Source of the DNA: Phoronis australis
Taxonomy: Eukaryota; Animalia; Phoronida
Direction of reading: 5' to 3'
Length of the DNA: 64,000 nt
NCBI GenBank assembly: GCA_002633005.1
Contig: NMRA01000587.1
Location: 1-64,000, forward strand
This document shows, piece by piece, positions 26,103 through 37,156 of this stretch; within the stretch, counting starts at the first letter, position 1, and the number at the start of each line of letters is the position of its first letter. The notes under the pieces are model-generated. The model saw only the letters and a program-made list of their open reading frames with translations. It was not told where the DNA came from and searched no databases. Both the position numbers and the translations under genes were made by a program.

Positions 26103-27470
26103 ATGGTACATCGGTGTGTGTGCGCCAACTGTGCTAACACCAGCCAGGTGGAAGGCGTGACCCTATTTAGGTTTCCCAAAGACAAGCATCTGGCTGCAAA
26201 ATGGCACGTTTTCGTGTGCACTGCTCGTCATTGTAAAATGACTGTCGAGTCGGCCAGTCTGTCGGAGCCGAAATATGCTCCGACCACTTTGAGGACGGCT
26301 GCTTCGACGACAAACATATCATGAAGTTTGAAGCTGGTCTTGTGAAAAGGTAAGTTATCTTCATAATTTATGGCTTATATCCATGACGCTTTCTCAGTGC
26401 TTGAACTATAACGATCTTTTTTCGCAATCACCATAGTTCTCGCGGTCAACAATTGCTGAGTGTTGCCGGTGGTATTTCTTTGGAATGTTGCCCAGTAGGC
26501 TATTTGTTGATTCAACTGTTCTTGGTGTTGTGTGTGTAGCAGCGCTAGTTGAGCATCATGTTGACCCAATGCAATTTCATTTGCTGATGGTTCTCAAAGT
26601 CAAGTCACGCGAAGTCAGTAAGGATCATTTAGGGTATCATATTTTTGAGAATCATTGTCTTCAGCCAAATTAGAGTGGAGATATACACCTGGTACTATGG
26701 GGAGAGCAGCACTTGGGGGGACAATACCATCAGCCCCCTATGGTGCACACCGCCCATGCCGATGGGCGGCCCAGCTCTGAAGTAACTACATACATGTACT
26801 ATAGCCCTGTTGTAGATGTGCTTCCGGTGAATCATATGAGCCTCTGTTAGCTACTCGCTAATGGGAAATTGCCTATTAGCTGAATGGTTAGCACGCTTGC
26901 CGGTTTTATGGGGGTCGTGGGTTCGATTCCTGAGTCGGGTAATCTCGGCTATTACTACAGCCCCCCCCCCCCCCCCTACGAGGCTATGGTGCGCTTCAGA
27001 GACCACTGTATTTGAGCATCAGGAGGTTCTTTGTGGGGTTTTGTCAACCAAGTAATAGATGGTGGTGTGCTGACAAAAGTTTGAACTGTTCTAACGATGG
27101 TACTTAAGTTGCACGGTTTTGATTATTAAAGTAACCTGCTTCAAAAATAAAACAGGGTTAACTCTGGTTTTGGCCTTTGCTTGAAGGTTATAAAAGTAGG
27201 CGAAAACTTGCACTTAGGTGACGTCGTGTTTAACTTAAATCATTGATTCAAAATGATTTTTACTTTAAATTGCAGTTGTGCTTTTCAGAGTATGTGAACG
27301 AAGTAAGGAAGAATACGTTACACTTGTTGCGAAATAAAAGAGAAGCCAGTGACCTCGAAATTTGTTTGGAAATTGACGCCCCTCCAATGCTGAGTGCTGG
27401 TGCTCCAGACGTGTCCAAGGAGGAGGCCGTGGCACGGATGAGGAGCCGATATCCAGACAAATTCAATTAG
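26103..27470 (+). pseudogene. THAP-domain Kolobok transposase remnant (first and last exons only)
   Basis: MVHRCVCANCAN...LFRFPKD...KW, then a frameshifted ICSDHFEDGCF (26273 on) completing the C2CH THAP motif; donor gtaagt at 26350. Last exon 27289-27470 (YVNEVRK...APPMLSAGAPDVSKEEAVARMRSRY) resembles Kolobok transposase C-termini. Splice phases are incompatible and no DDE core lies between them. Confidence 0.75.
26871..27060 (+). mobile_element. tRNA-derived SINE nested in the Kolobok element
   Basis: A box TAGCTGAATGG (26877) and B box GGTTCGATTCC (26920-26930), no intact cloverleaf; 3' boundary approximate. Confidence 0.6.
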
Positions 27471-28137
27471 ACTGCTTGTTTTGTCAATGGACAGTACTGA
27501 TATTTCTTTCCATCACATACATGACAATGAATGATATTGGGGCACGAAAAGACTGACGACCCACACAGGTACCTTTTCGCCCCCTTACCGATGCATTATA
27601 TGGGACGGCAACAGTTTACTGTTAATCAAATAAACCTAAAAGCTATGCCACAATATTTATAGTCATTATATTGAAGTAACATTGAAATGTTTCAATGTTA
27701 GAACATAGTATGTCGCAGGGTTTATACAAAGCGGACAGCCATATGGCACGCTCAAAAGTGTTTCACGATTTCCAATACTGGTACTATAAATACTCTAGCA
27801 TTGCTATCTGTACAGCTTTCAAAAAAAAAACCTAAAACATTGGTAGTGATGAAAATATACATGGGTCGTCAGTCTTCTCGTGTCTGCCAATATCATTCAA
27901 ATTGTACGACAGAATAATCATTTGCACAGAATCCCAACTCTACTGTCTAACATTTTCTTGCGAGTTTTTTTGCGAGTGGTCCAAGCACTCTCTCCAGATT
28001 TCTCACTTCCTATACATGTGTATAATTTTGTGTGTTTTATACCATGTCATAGACATCTGAAGCTATTGCATACTGTAGCTTTTGGGTGGAAATTCAGTAC
28101 TTTGCCACGTCATGGTAGTTAATGTCTTGTTGAATTA

Positions 28138-28275
28138 CAGTAGAACTCGGTAAGTTGGAGCCAGTGAGACAGATATTTCATCGAAGTCAAAGTTACTTGG
28201 AGGCGTTACAGGAATTAATGCATGCTAGCCTTTCTAGTTTCCAATGAAGCACTACCAATGTAACGAGTCCTACTG
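28138..28275. mobile_element. Tc1/mariner (pogo/Tigger-like) MITE nested in the Kolobok element
   Basis: TA on both sides; imperfect 21-bp TIRs cagtagaactcggtaagttgg / ccaatgtaacgagtcctactg. Confidence 0.7.
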
Positions 28276-29635
28276 TATAAGAAGAGGGCAGGAGATTCAG
28301 TCTCTACCTCAGACAATAGTCCAGATTTTTATGTAACAGCAATATTGTTGAATGTGTTCACTTGAAACTCACTAACAACTCCAGTGAGACCAATTCCTAA
28401 GTAAACCATAACTGATGTTGAGTTTAGAGGTTTATAATGTAGTTCTAGTAACATTACACTTGTCATGACCATGTCACTATAAGTTCCTGAACATCAATAT
28501 ATGCTACTTTCTTTGTCAATTGTTTACCATTCTGAAAACACAGAAATCCATCATGGAATGCCAACTTCATTTTTGTACCACTGAGATTGCGCTGTGATTG
28601 CATTCGTTTGTTAGGATATTTGTTCTCTCTATGGAACTTGTCACTTATTTCAACTCGTCCAAAGTAGATACTCCCCGAGTCACAAGTTTTAGTAATAGAG
28701 TACTTAGGTAATGAGCTGGAGTTGGCATTCCAGGGATAAGACAACTCGATATATATATACATAAATGAAACTAATAAGAAAACCCTTGAAACTCAAAGTC
28801 CTCCTCATTTCCCGGTGGAGGGTAAAAAGCTCTGATGCAGGCTACTGCGCATGCTGGAATTACAACACGGACAGTTCGTCCTAGGTGACCATGCACCCAT
28901 CTTTGGAACTGTCTGTAGGCTATGTGTCGCATCCTTTTATCAAAGGGTCCGTCATAGCCATCCGGATATTGGCTTTTATACTGCAACCATGCAGTCTCCA
29001 AAACATCACGATTGATGCACACAGGTTGAAAACTTCCATGGTACACGATACATTTTTTTCTTCCGTTTAAGTTGTCCCTCTTCATTTCGTCCTCAAGTTT
29101 AGCAATAACTTTGTCGACTTCTTGACAACATACTCTTTCTTCAATGACTGCAGTAGTCTGACAGTTGTCACACGTGCACCTGCAAGATGTGACAATATGT
29201 ATACATTACTTTAGTAAACATCAAAATGTCGAATTGAAAAAATTACTGATTTACCAAGAGTGTCTCGGCCAAATTAATTGAGGGTTTGCAATGACCTCAG
29301 TTTTCGAGAAGACTGATTGTTGAGCAGCGACCTGTTTAAAACAGAACAAAAATGAAACTAAATTCCAAAAAACAAGCTTTGAAACATCACATAAATAGTA
29401 AAGATATTTACTTTTCATACAAATGAATACTGCTACACCCAGGGCAGTGGCAGATCATGCCTGGGGGATATATATATAGGAATGGACATACTTAGTTTGA
29501 TTTGCTGACACCTGATTCATTGATGGAGGGGTCTGTTTTGTTAATAATCGTGAATATTACAGTAAACATTTTTAAAAACTTCTCAATATCCGATGCCTTC
29601 TATACTCTTTAGAAACTTTACCAGACGGTTCCTTC

Positions 29636-29779
29636 CCAAGTCAACTCGCACCCAAGCCATGTACCAATTTTCACAAATAACAGCAACATTAGGTACATAG
29701 GCATGAAAGCATTGACTTACACAAACTAAACCTGGTTAGAAAAACGTGTGTACATTGCTCTGGGTCCAAGTTGACTTGG
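29636..29779. repeat. Small foldback element (imperfect 19-bp inverted ends) in the KolX intron
   Basis: ccaagtcaactcgcaccca ... tgggtccaagttgacttgg. Confidence 0.5.
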
Positions 29780-29879
29780 CCCTAGAGTATGAAAATGAAG
29801 TGACCTGTTTTATAACCCATGGAATTCCCTCCGGCCCCCAGGTAAGAAAGTCTAAGTTGCAAAATTGCAATTCTTTTTT

Positions 29880-30085
29880 CCTCTTGTTTACACTACACAG
29901 TTGAGTATTGGGAGGTGGTTCTCATTCTTTCCCATGCATACATTTATTCACTCACTAGTAAGACTGAGCTCAGGGGAGTAGGAGACAACTTCGTACAATG
30001 CCCAATTGTCTGCCAGTGAAAGCCAGGATTCGAACCCGAGTCTCACAAACAAGAGTCCGGGGCCCAAACCAATGCGCCACTGTCT
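29880..30085 (-). mobile_element. tRNA-derived SINE in the KolX intron
   Basis: Minus-strand A box TGGCGCATTGG (plus 30069-30079) and B box GGTTCGAATCC (plus 30026-30036); 3' boundary approximate. Confidence 0.6.
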
Positions 30086-30896
30086 ACAAATAATGAAAGA
30101 CCACACATTGTTGAGTGATTTGCGTAAGTGCAACGAGTCCCATTTTTTATCACTGAAACTGGTACTTATCCACGGCTGAAAAATGATTCATCAGTGGGGA
30201 CGAGAGCGCCTGGGAGTGACCGGTAAAGCTACTGAACTTAAAATTAAAAAAGACCAAGTAGTAATTCGCGGTAGTATGATGCATATTTATAATATTCTTA
30301 CCAGTCACTAACATTCTGTCGCAACTCCTGCGCACCTTCTGCCCGTTGATATTCACTGCACGAACCGGCTGGGGCTGGATCGTCGACAACCGGAGCAAGG
30401 GAAACGGTTCTACTAGAGAGAAGGTGTGAGCACAAATTCAACGGTTCCTATGGGGTCTGTCGCCTCCTCCTCCACATCCGAAACGTCAGAATCGTCTGAA
30501 AACTCCACCTGACCCTCCCTGTATCTTTCAAAATATTCTTCATCTACGCTGCTGTACTCACTGGGATCCATATTGTTTTCTTTGTGTTCCCCAACACCAC
30601 GTCACAGATGTGTAACGAAGGAAAATGGCGCCGTTTCTATTTTCCGTTACAACAATGGCGTTACAACGCCACGGCAACAAATATGTAAATAACTTTTTAT
30701 AGCGACGTACAATTCAGTTAATGTTAAGAATATAGCAATAATAATTATAAACATGAATTTAGAGCATATTGTTGTTCAAATTGGTTGAGACCTTGCAATT
30801 TACACTTTAAAGAAAATTCTGGTTATTTCACACAGTGGTTGGTGGCAACGTACCTCAAATTGTTATCATTTTATATTACCCGCAAGTAAAACGCCG

Positions 30897-31051
30897 GGGC
30901 GTGCGTTCAGTAGACGCTAGGACCTACGCTTGGACCTAGCTAAAACGTAGTCAAAGTCACGTGTTCTCATTTAAAATGCACGGCAATATCTCGCGTAATC
31001 TCGCGAAGTCTTGCTTTTTAGCGAGGTCCTAGCTTTACTGAACGGGAGGTC
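30897..31051. mobile_element. MITE-like foldback element
   Basis: cgttcagtagacgctaggacct ... aggtcctagctttactgaacg inverted ends; the internal atatctcgcg...gcgaagtcttgc motif recurs near 62130-62150. Confidence 0.55.
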
Positions 31052-31312
31052 GAGCTGCAATACAATATATGTTCTTAAGTCAATGAAGTCTGTCGATTGA
31101 AGAAAGCCATTTCCTTTAAACTGGTGAAAACCAAGGAAAAGATATTTTAATTATACATTTCCAGCTCTTATAAGCTTAGTCGTAAAACACGCCTGTAATT
31201 CAACACATCAGTAAAGGGAAAAGATATGAATTTTTTATTAGCAACCTCGAGTCTAAGTCTTTTCTTCCCAAGATTCTGAATAGTGGCTCTGGAAGGTAAA
31301 CGCAACTAACCA

Positions 31313-34300
31313 TTATGATCTAAATTTGAAATTCTGCATAAGTCGTTCAAAGCTTTGGTTCACGTTTTGTTTTGTGACCAATCTCCTGTCGTTCTTAAAA
31401 CCCAAATCATTATTGACTTCGCAAACCGTTTTACCGTGAAAACTTAAATTTTGCGGCACAACTTGGCCACCATTAACGAACTTTTTACCGGTATCCGTGC
31501 ACACTGTTCTACTCTTTTGACGCTTTGCCCGTTTGCGATCAACTGTCTTTTTCTTTTTCCTCAAAAGGCTTTTGTCACTTTGCTCCGCGGATAATTTCAC
31601 GTAAGGCTGGTCTTCTGAAAAATGGCGCCTTATCACTGTGATAGCATTTTGTTGACGTCTGCTGACGTACAAAAGCGATCCTGGATTCGGGTTTCCTTCA
31701 AATTCGAAATTCCTCTGCACATACGTCGGCTTGTTCCCACAATTCCTCTTCGACTGTATCGGAGGTAGTACCGGAAGTTTCCAGTCGTCATTGCTGATAA
31801 TTTTGTTCCCATTCAATTCTATAGGGCGTTGGAATACCAGACCTCTGATATCACCACGCGGTTTAATATCACTGTGCCTTACGTCTATAGCTCGAATACG
31901 CTGCTGGTGTTTGCCGACCAATGAATCCGACCTTTGATATTCTATTTTTGGAAATGTTACCTCAGGTTTCTTGCGGTTTCTGTGTGTCTGCAGAGAAGCA
32001 GGCCAAATGTTGTGTCTTCCATCCGTCTTCTCGTTAATTCTTGGCAACATGCATTGACTTTCTTTGATGAAACTGACATTTTTAATGTTCCGGGTGGATA
32101 TTACGACGGCATCAGTTTTTGCGTCTTTTTTGTGAGCGAGTTCATAATTTCTAACAAGCATGTTTGGGGTAATCTTGCATCCATTTTCTGTCACATTTTG
32201 CCAATGTAGGCCCGTACTGAAGAGTAACTGTTTGTGAGGTTCGGTATTGGAATGAACGGTTTTGATCGAAGTTGCGTTTTTAGGGCGACGTCTGTCGTGT
32301 ACTTCAACACTTACTTCTTTTGTTGATTCTTGAAACTTCGCCTTTTTGTCCTTGTCGACATTTCTCTTAGAATGCTTTTCAAACACCAGCTGAGCCTGAG
32401 TATCTACTTCAGCTAAAAAATCTCCTGAAAAACTACCATCCTCGTGCTCCTCTTCTACCGAAGACGTTTCTGGAGAAGAAAGGTGCATTTGGAAGCCGTC
32501 CTCAGTATGACTGCATGAACTCTTCTTTCTTAGGAGGTTAGAAGAGTTTGTATAGCTGCTGTTTCTACTGTCAGACAAATAACGTGAATTGCTACACGAA
32601 AGAGATGTGTACGAGCAATCGGACTGAGTACTGTACGTAGGGGTTTCAAAATCTGAATCGTACGAGTACATATTGGAAGATACTTTAGAAACCGAACTAA
32701 AGCAAGGGATAGTCATGGAGGTGTCTGACATACACGACGCTGCTGTGCTGTTGATATTAGAATGCTGTGTCATTCGAGAGAGAGAAATATCTGACGATTT
32801 CAAGCCTACATCTATGTTCATATTTTCCAAACTGAGTTTAGAATTTTTCTTTCTCGTTTCTACATGTTCATTGGTGTCACAAAGTACTAGGGATTCATTT
32901 GACGTAGGAGTACCGGGGTCACTAGATTCAACTCGTGTTCTTTTTAATTCAAGATCTGCTGTCGCATTACAGGAGCCTAAAGAGCCCTTTTGTGGATCGG
33001 AGTCACAAAAATTATCCGCTAATTGAGACTGTCTTTCGCCAGATTCCCTGTAATTATTCGAATCTGTTTGAACCACTGTTTCATTACATTCCTTCTCATC
33101 AGGAGGAACATTGCCATGTTCTTTGCTATGTTCATCTGCTCCATGTCTACGAAACGTACACTTAGTTGGTGAACATCTTTTAACGTTTTGCAATTGACTA
33201 ATCTCAATTTGATCATCAAATTTGCACGGTCTTAAAACAGACGTTTCCGTTGAATGCTGTGGAAGTTGATGGTTGTTCATTGACATATTGCATGACTGTA
33301 AGGAATCATCATTATCGTTGTCAAAACTTTGCGGATTTGACAATTTCTTTAGTGAAAATGTGGTGGAGTCATCTTCCGGGTTACAACGAACAGACACTGG
33401 AGACTTGCCCTGATTAGGGGTAACATATAGGTCCACCGACACCGATGCTCTTCTACCTTTCATTAACCCTTTTGGAAGCGTATCCGCAGAATATTGAACC
33501 CTCTTTTCCGACTCCGAGATGGACTTGTCTGATACGACATCGACCGTAATTGCGTCTTCATCGATGGTATTCTCCGGAGATACACAAATCCTAGCTACGG
33601 GCGTCATGTTTGGTCTTAGACGCTGTCTAAGTGCGATACCTTCCGGGTGTTGGACCACCATGACCGTCGCCTGTCGATCAATATCCATGTCCAATGTTAC
33701 AGGATTAAATTTACCCTTGGCACTTGGTATATTGATCTCTAACTTTTTAGTTTTACCATCATCATCTGCCTTGCTGTATAAAACTTTTTCCACTGGGTGT
33801 TGTTGCAAGGGTAGCAAAACAGATTGTCTGCGTCGAACCTGGGATGGAGATTTCATCTTTTTTAATCGAAGCTGCCCAGTGTCTTGAACATTTTGTGTAC
33901 CTTGATTACAGGCACGTGCACTTTTGTGTCGCTGCTTGACCTTGTTTTTAACAGTATCACAATTAATTGTTCTGTTTAATTCTGAGGCATATTTTCTGTT
34001 GACGTTATGGTTGTTTTCAAACATCTCGCACCCATTTTCATGCTTTGGCAACTGATATTCAAAATGCTTTGTTTCGTCATTCACATCGCACCCCTCGTCT
34101 TCTCCTTTGAATAGCAGATGCGAGTTGTCTTCTATAGCGAAGTCGTCCTTTTGGCCACAACCAGTGGAAGAGTCAACTTCCGGAATTCCATTTGGTGAAT
34201 CTTGTGATCTTTTAACACTGCCATCTTTTGCATCCAGTGTAACTGCACTGTATCCTTCGTAAGTGTTCATGTGCGTTGTTGTATTTCGTTCATCTAGCAG

Positions 34301-37156
34301 CGTAGGTCTGCCATCAGTTGTTTTCACATTGGTACTGTGATCGTTCTTGGTCATTTCGGTATTCCGACATGGATGTCGTTGTTCGTTAGTCTGCGACTTT
34401 TTGGGAACATGTGAATAGATAACGTCGTAAGAATACTTCTTAACTAATTCTTCATTATACATGAAAAACTCATCTTGATGAGCCGTGCCAAGCTCCTGTC
34501 CATTAAATCCTTCGTTTGACTTTGGCGCGGATGGTTGCGACTCGACTTTCCTATCATCAATAACCTTTGGGATTTTATCTTCCAAGACAACATATTGGGA
34601 CACCGGAACGTTTGTCTCCGTAACCGCAACATTAATTTCGTTCGCTGAATTCGGACTTTCCTCCATCATTACCCTTGACACGGAGCAAGATTCCTTTCTA
34701 GAAACACCAGACTGTTCTTTCTTTATTGCTGCGTCCTGGATATCCAAAACTACACTATCATTATCTTTCACAGTGCCAGAAAGAATTTTAGTGGTCGCTA
34801 TTTGTCCATGAAACGGTACTACTTGCTTTTCTGAGAACACCGCTGTTCCCCGAAATTGCGTTTCTTTGTACGTAGAAGCCGGATTTATTGGCGACGAGAA
34901 TTTTGCTGCATGCTGTGGGCCGTTGCTGTCACTTACATGTATCATGGCGTTGCGTGGCTCGCCTATGTCGCCATATCTTGCTTCGCTGGTATACTCACCA
35001 AATTGACGACGTCCCTTTAAATTTTCTACGTGTAAATTTCCTTTTACGGCGTCGTCATCGTTACCGTCACCAAGTGACAAGCTAGGTAAATGTTCTGTTC
35101 TTGCTCCATCTGCACAATTCGGCCTGTTGCGTTCACCAGTTGTGTTTGGTGCAACCTCGTGTTGGCAATTTTCTTTTTCATCTAAATGAGTTTGCTCCTT
35201 ATCCAGCATTTGTGTGGACGCTGGTCTTGGTATATGGCGAAGAAGAGCGGTGCTCTCTGTACAATCATTATCGCGGCTGGTGGTTATACTTTTCGAAATT
35301 GGAATATCTGTCGCTGTGTTTTCGATCAATTGCATCGTTTCACTATTTTTATTTTCGAACATTTTTGCCGACACAGGAACGAGGCTATGTCGAACTTTTG
35401 ATGGTTTATTACCCGGTAACTCAAGCTTGGTACCAACTGAATGAGTTGATTGCGTTTTGTTGTCAAAATAATGCTTTCTTGACTTCTCATCGGCTTCTGA
35501 GCTTGGATAAGGTACCTTGGTGAATGACATCGAGTTAAGCGATTTTTCACAGTTTGTTCGTTGCAGAAGCTGTTTTTGCAGAGCGGAAGAGGCCTCGAGT
35601 GAAGAATTGACCAATTCTTGCAGGCTGAGATTGATCAGTTTGTCTGATCTTACGTCACTTGATAGACACGATTCAGATACTGGGCTGTGGGGCGTGGTGG
35701 TTTTTAATGCTTCTTCGGCTATTCGAAAGGTCTCCTGAATACGTTTATGTAAAGTACTTGATTGGTGCACAGTTCCAGAAATATCGACTTCCTGATCTCT
35801 TTGTCCCCCTTTGTATCCCAGATTCACATGCTTCACTTCTGTAAGTACACTGGGCCACAACGAAGCCTGCCTTGATCTCTTTATTTTGAGGTCTGAAATC
35901 GGCTTTAAAGGCGGCGGATTGGAATTTATAGTGGAGGGACACTTTTGATGTTTTTCCTCCCTGCTGTTCAAACCTAAATTCATAAATTTTCCCGACAAGC
36001 TTCTTGCGGCCATTTTTGTCTTCTGGTTTAATTGTACCAGGCGCCGTCCCGTGTACAAATGACTTCTGACATGGTCGATATAGCTTTTTTCGACTTCCAC
36101 GCAATTCATCCCCAAATTTTCCGACATTTGACGCTTCCCGTTAACGCCGTTTGAAACTCCTTGATTCGTGCTTGCAGACTCCTGATTTTTATTCGGGCGA
36201 TTTTGGCGCGCCTTGTTACCACTCTTGCCCCTCTTGGCTCTTGCAATACTTTGGGACAATCTTTCGAGTATTTCGGCTTGAGATCCATAGGAATCAGCTC
36301 GCTCTCTGTTGGTTTTGCATGACGACCGTGCCGACTGTTCTGGGTGCTCTGAAGTCATTGACTGCTCTACTTTGTTCGAATAAGAATTATTCCACGCCAT
36401 GTCTCCACTAATACCTAAACCAGGCATGCTTTCAAAGTCTTTCTGAACGATACTATCTGTTGACGGTGGGTACACTTGCTCAGACACAGCTGTTAAATAT
36501 TGAGCGTCGTCTGCGTCTACCATTAGCCGAGTCATTTCGTCTCCTCCACTATCAGAAACAACGGTCCGCTGGTTGCCCGCATCGTGCATACTTGCACTTT
36601 GAAAAGTTATTGCAGGCACGTCTGTGGCAAGTTGTTCTTGTCGGTGATTTTTGCCACGCGATTGTTCTACAGCAGCTTCGCTCATTTGTGCGTGAGGATT
36701 ACTGTGACTGTGAATGTCCTCGTTTGGGATTTTGTCAGTCCGACCTGTAGAATGTATTGCCTCCGGCGTACCACTTCTTGATCCAAATGCCGTGCTATTC
36801 GCGTCGGGCCAGTCGGGGGAACCCATCGGAGTGATAGTTCCTCTACAAGTTACAAATTTGAAAAAATAGTGCGCGCATCCCTTTGGCCGTACTGGGCGAT
36901 CTACCGACGTCCACGACTGGGACTGAACAGACGGCGAAACTCTTCGATTTTTACTGAGGTTTTGGTGTATGTAACTGTTTGTAACAACTCCTGATGTGTT
37001 TCTTGGCGACTTTCGTTTGCAGGAAGAAGATTGTCTGGCGCCAGGACTTCTTCTTTTGTGGTTTCTTCTTTGGTAATCGTCGTCACTTGGGCTAGATATG
37101 TTCAAGACTGGACTTCTGTGTGTGCCTTTATCGACATCATATGTTTTTGTGTTCAT
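31313..37156 (-). CDS. Large (~1947 aa) predicted disordered Ser/Asn/Lys-rich protein, single coding exon, unknown function
   Basis: 5.8-kb stop-free ORF with first ATG at 37156; splice acceptor cttccaacag just upstream (plus 37171-37180); minus-strand AATAAA at 31234-31239. Confidence 0.85.
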   Translation of the reverse strand: MNTKTYDVDKGTHRSPVLNISSPSDDDYQRRNHKRRSPGARQSSSCKRKSPRNTSGVVTNSYIHQNLSKNRRVSPSVQSQSWTSVDRPVRPKGCAHYFFKFVTCRGTITPMGSPDWPDANSTAFGSRSGTPEAIHSTGRTDKIPNEDIHSHSNPHAQMSEAAVEQSRGKNHRQEQLATDVPAITFQSASMHDAGNQRTVVSDSGGDEMTRLMVDADDAQYLTAVSEQVYPPSTDSIVQKDFESMPGLGISGDMAWNNSYSNKVEQSMTSEHPEQSARSSCKTNRERADSYGSQAEILERLSQSIARAKRGKSGNKARQNRPNKNQESASTNQGVSNGVNGKRQMSENLGMNCVEVEKSYIDHVRSHLYTGRRLVQLNQKTKMAARSLSGKFMNLGLNSREEKHQKCPSTINSNPPPLKPISDLKIKRSRQASLWPSVLTEVKHVNLGYKGGQRDQEVDISGTVHQSSTLHKRIQETFRIAEEALKTTTPHSPVSESCLSSDVRSDKLINLSLQELVNSSLEASSALQKQLLQRTNCEKSLNSMSFTKVPYPSSEADEKSRKHYFDNKTQSTHSVGTKLELPGNKPSKVRHSLVPVSAKMFENKNSETMQLIENTATDIPISKSITTSRDNDCTESTALLRHIPRPASTQMLDKEQTHLDEKENCQHEVAPNTTGERNRPNCADGARTEHLPSLSLGDGNDDDAVKGNLHVENLKGRRQFGEYTSEARYGDIGEPRNAMIHVSDSNGPQHAAKFSSPINPASTYKETQFRGTAVFSEKQVVPFHGQIATTKILSGTVKDNDSVVLDIQDAAIKKEQSGVSRKESCSVSRVMMEESPNSANEINVAVTETNVPVSQYVVLEDKIPKVIDDRKVESQPSAPKSNEGFNGQELGTAHQDEFFMYNEELVKKYSYDVIYSHVPKKSQTNEQRHPCRNTEMTKNDHSTNVKTTDGRPTLLDERNTTTHMNTYEGYSAVTLDAKDGSVKRSQDSPNGIPEVDSSTGCGQKDDFAIEDNSHLLFKGEDEGCDVNDETKHFEYQLPKHENGCEMFENNHNVNRKYASELNRTINCDTVKNKVKQRHKSARACNQGTQNVQDTGQLRLKKMKSPSQVRRRQSVLLPLQQHPVEKVLYSKADDDGKTKKLEINIPSAKGKFNPVTLDMDIDRQATVMVVQHPEGIALRQRLRPNMTPVARICVSPENTIDEDAITVDVVSDKSISESEKRVQYSADTLPKGLMKGRRASVSVDLYVTPNQGKSPVSVRCNPEDDSTTFSLKKLSNPQSFDNDNDDSLQSCNMSMNNHQLPQHSTETSVLRPCKFDDQIEISQLQNVKRCSPTKCTFRRHGADEHSKEHGNVPPDEKECNETVVQTDSNNYRESGERQSQLADNFCDSDPQKGSLGSCNATADLELKRTRVESSDPGTPTSNESLVLCDTNEHVETRKKNSKLSLENMNIDVGLKSSDISLSRMTQHSNINSTAASCMSDTSMTIPCFSSVSKVSSNMYSYDSDFETPTYSTQSDCSYTSLSCSNSRYLSDSRNSSYTNSSNLLRKKSSCSHTEDGFQMHLSSPETSSVEEEHEDGSFSGDFLAEVDTQAQLVFEKHSKRNVDKDKKAKFQESTKEVSVEVHDRRRPKNATSIKTVHSNTEPHKQLLFSTGLHWQNVTENGCKITPNMLVRNYELAHKKDAKTDAVVISTRNIKNVSFIKESQCMLPRINEKTDGRHNIWPASLQTHRNRKKPEVTFPKIEYQRSDSLVGKHQQRIRAIDVRHSDIKPRGDIRGLVFQRPIELNGNKIISNDDWKLPVLPPIQSKRNCGNKPTYVQRNFEFEGNPNPGSLLYVSRRQQNAITVIRRHFSEDQPYVKLSAEQSDKSLLRKKKKTVDRKRAKRQKSRTVCTDTGKKFVNGGQVVPQNLSFHGKTVCEVNNDLGFKNDRRLVTKQNVNQSFERLMQNFKFRS

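Larger units (their letters stand above)
28771..30571 (-). pseudogene. KolX / P2X7 cytoplasmic ballast-domain-like (Nanor-like) Zn-binding protein, 2 exons, frameshifted in exon 1
   Basis: Exon 1 30571-30302 (acidic MDPSEYSSVDEE..., donor gtaag) and exon 2 29179-28771. The splice yields SDWCTCDNC...ERVCCQEV...CIVYHGSFQPVCINRDVL...RHIAYRQFQRWVHGHLGRTVRVVIPACAVACIRAFYP. Exon 1 is 270 nt, but phase 2 is required, and it hits TAG after 52 codons. Confidence 0.85.
25833..30806 (+). mobile_element. Kolobok-type DNA transposon, internally deleted/decayed (4,974 bp)
   Basis: TTAA at 25829-25832 and 30807-30810. Perfect 19-bp TIRs AGTGTAAATTGCAAGGTCT (25833-25851 and 30788-30806). Carries convergent THAP-transposase and P2X7-ballast-like genes, the known two-gene Kolobok layout. 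Confidence 0.88.

Noticed and set aside
26375-26569. Gln-rich minus-strand ORF faintly resembling a retrotransposon gag N-terminus
   Set aside because: Only 64 aa, with no LTR pair, PBS or downstream pol; cannot be supported.
26871-26940. Possible tRNA gene (also 30020-30085 on the minus strand)
   Set aside because: A and B boxes are present, but the acceptor and anticodon stems do not pair and the sequence continues into non-tRNA body: SINE heads.
28771-29179. P2X7 purinoceptor gene
   Set aside because: Only the cytoplasmic ballast-like domain is present, with no TM or ectodomain, and it lies inside transposon TIRs.
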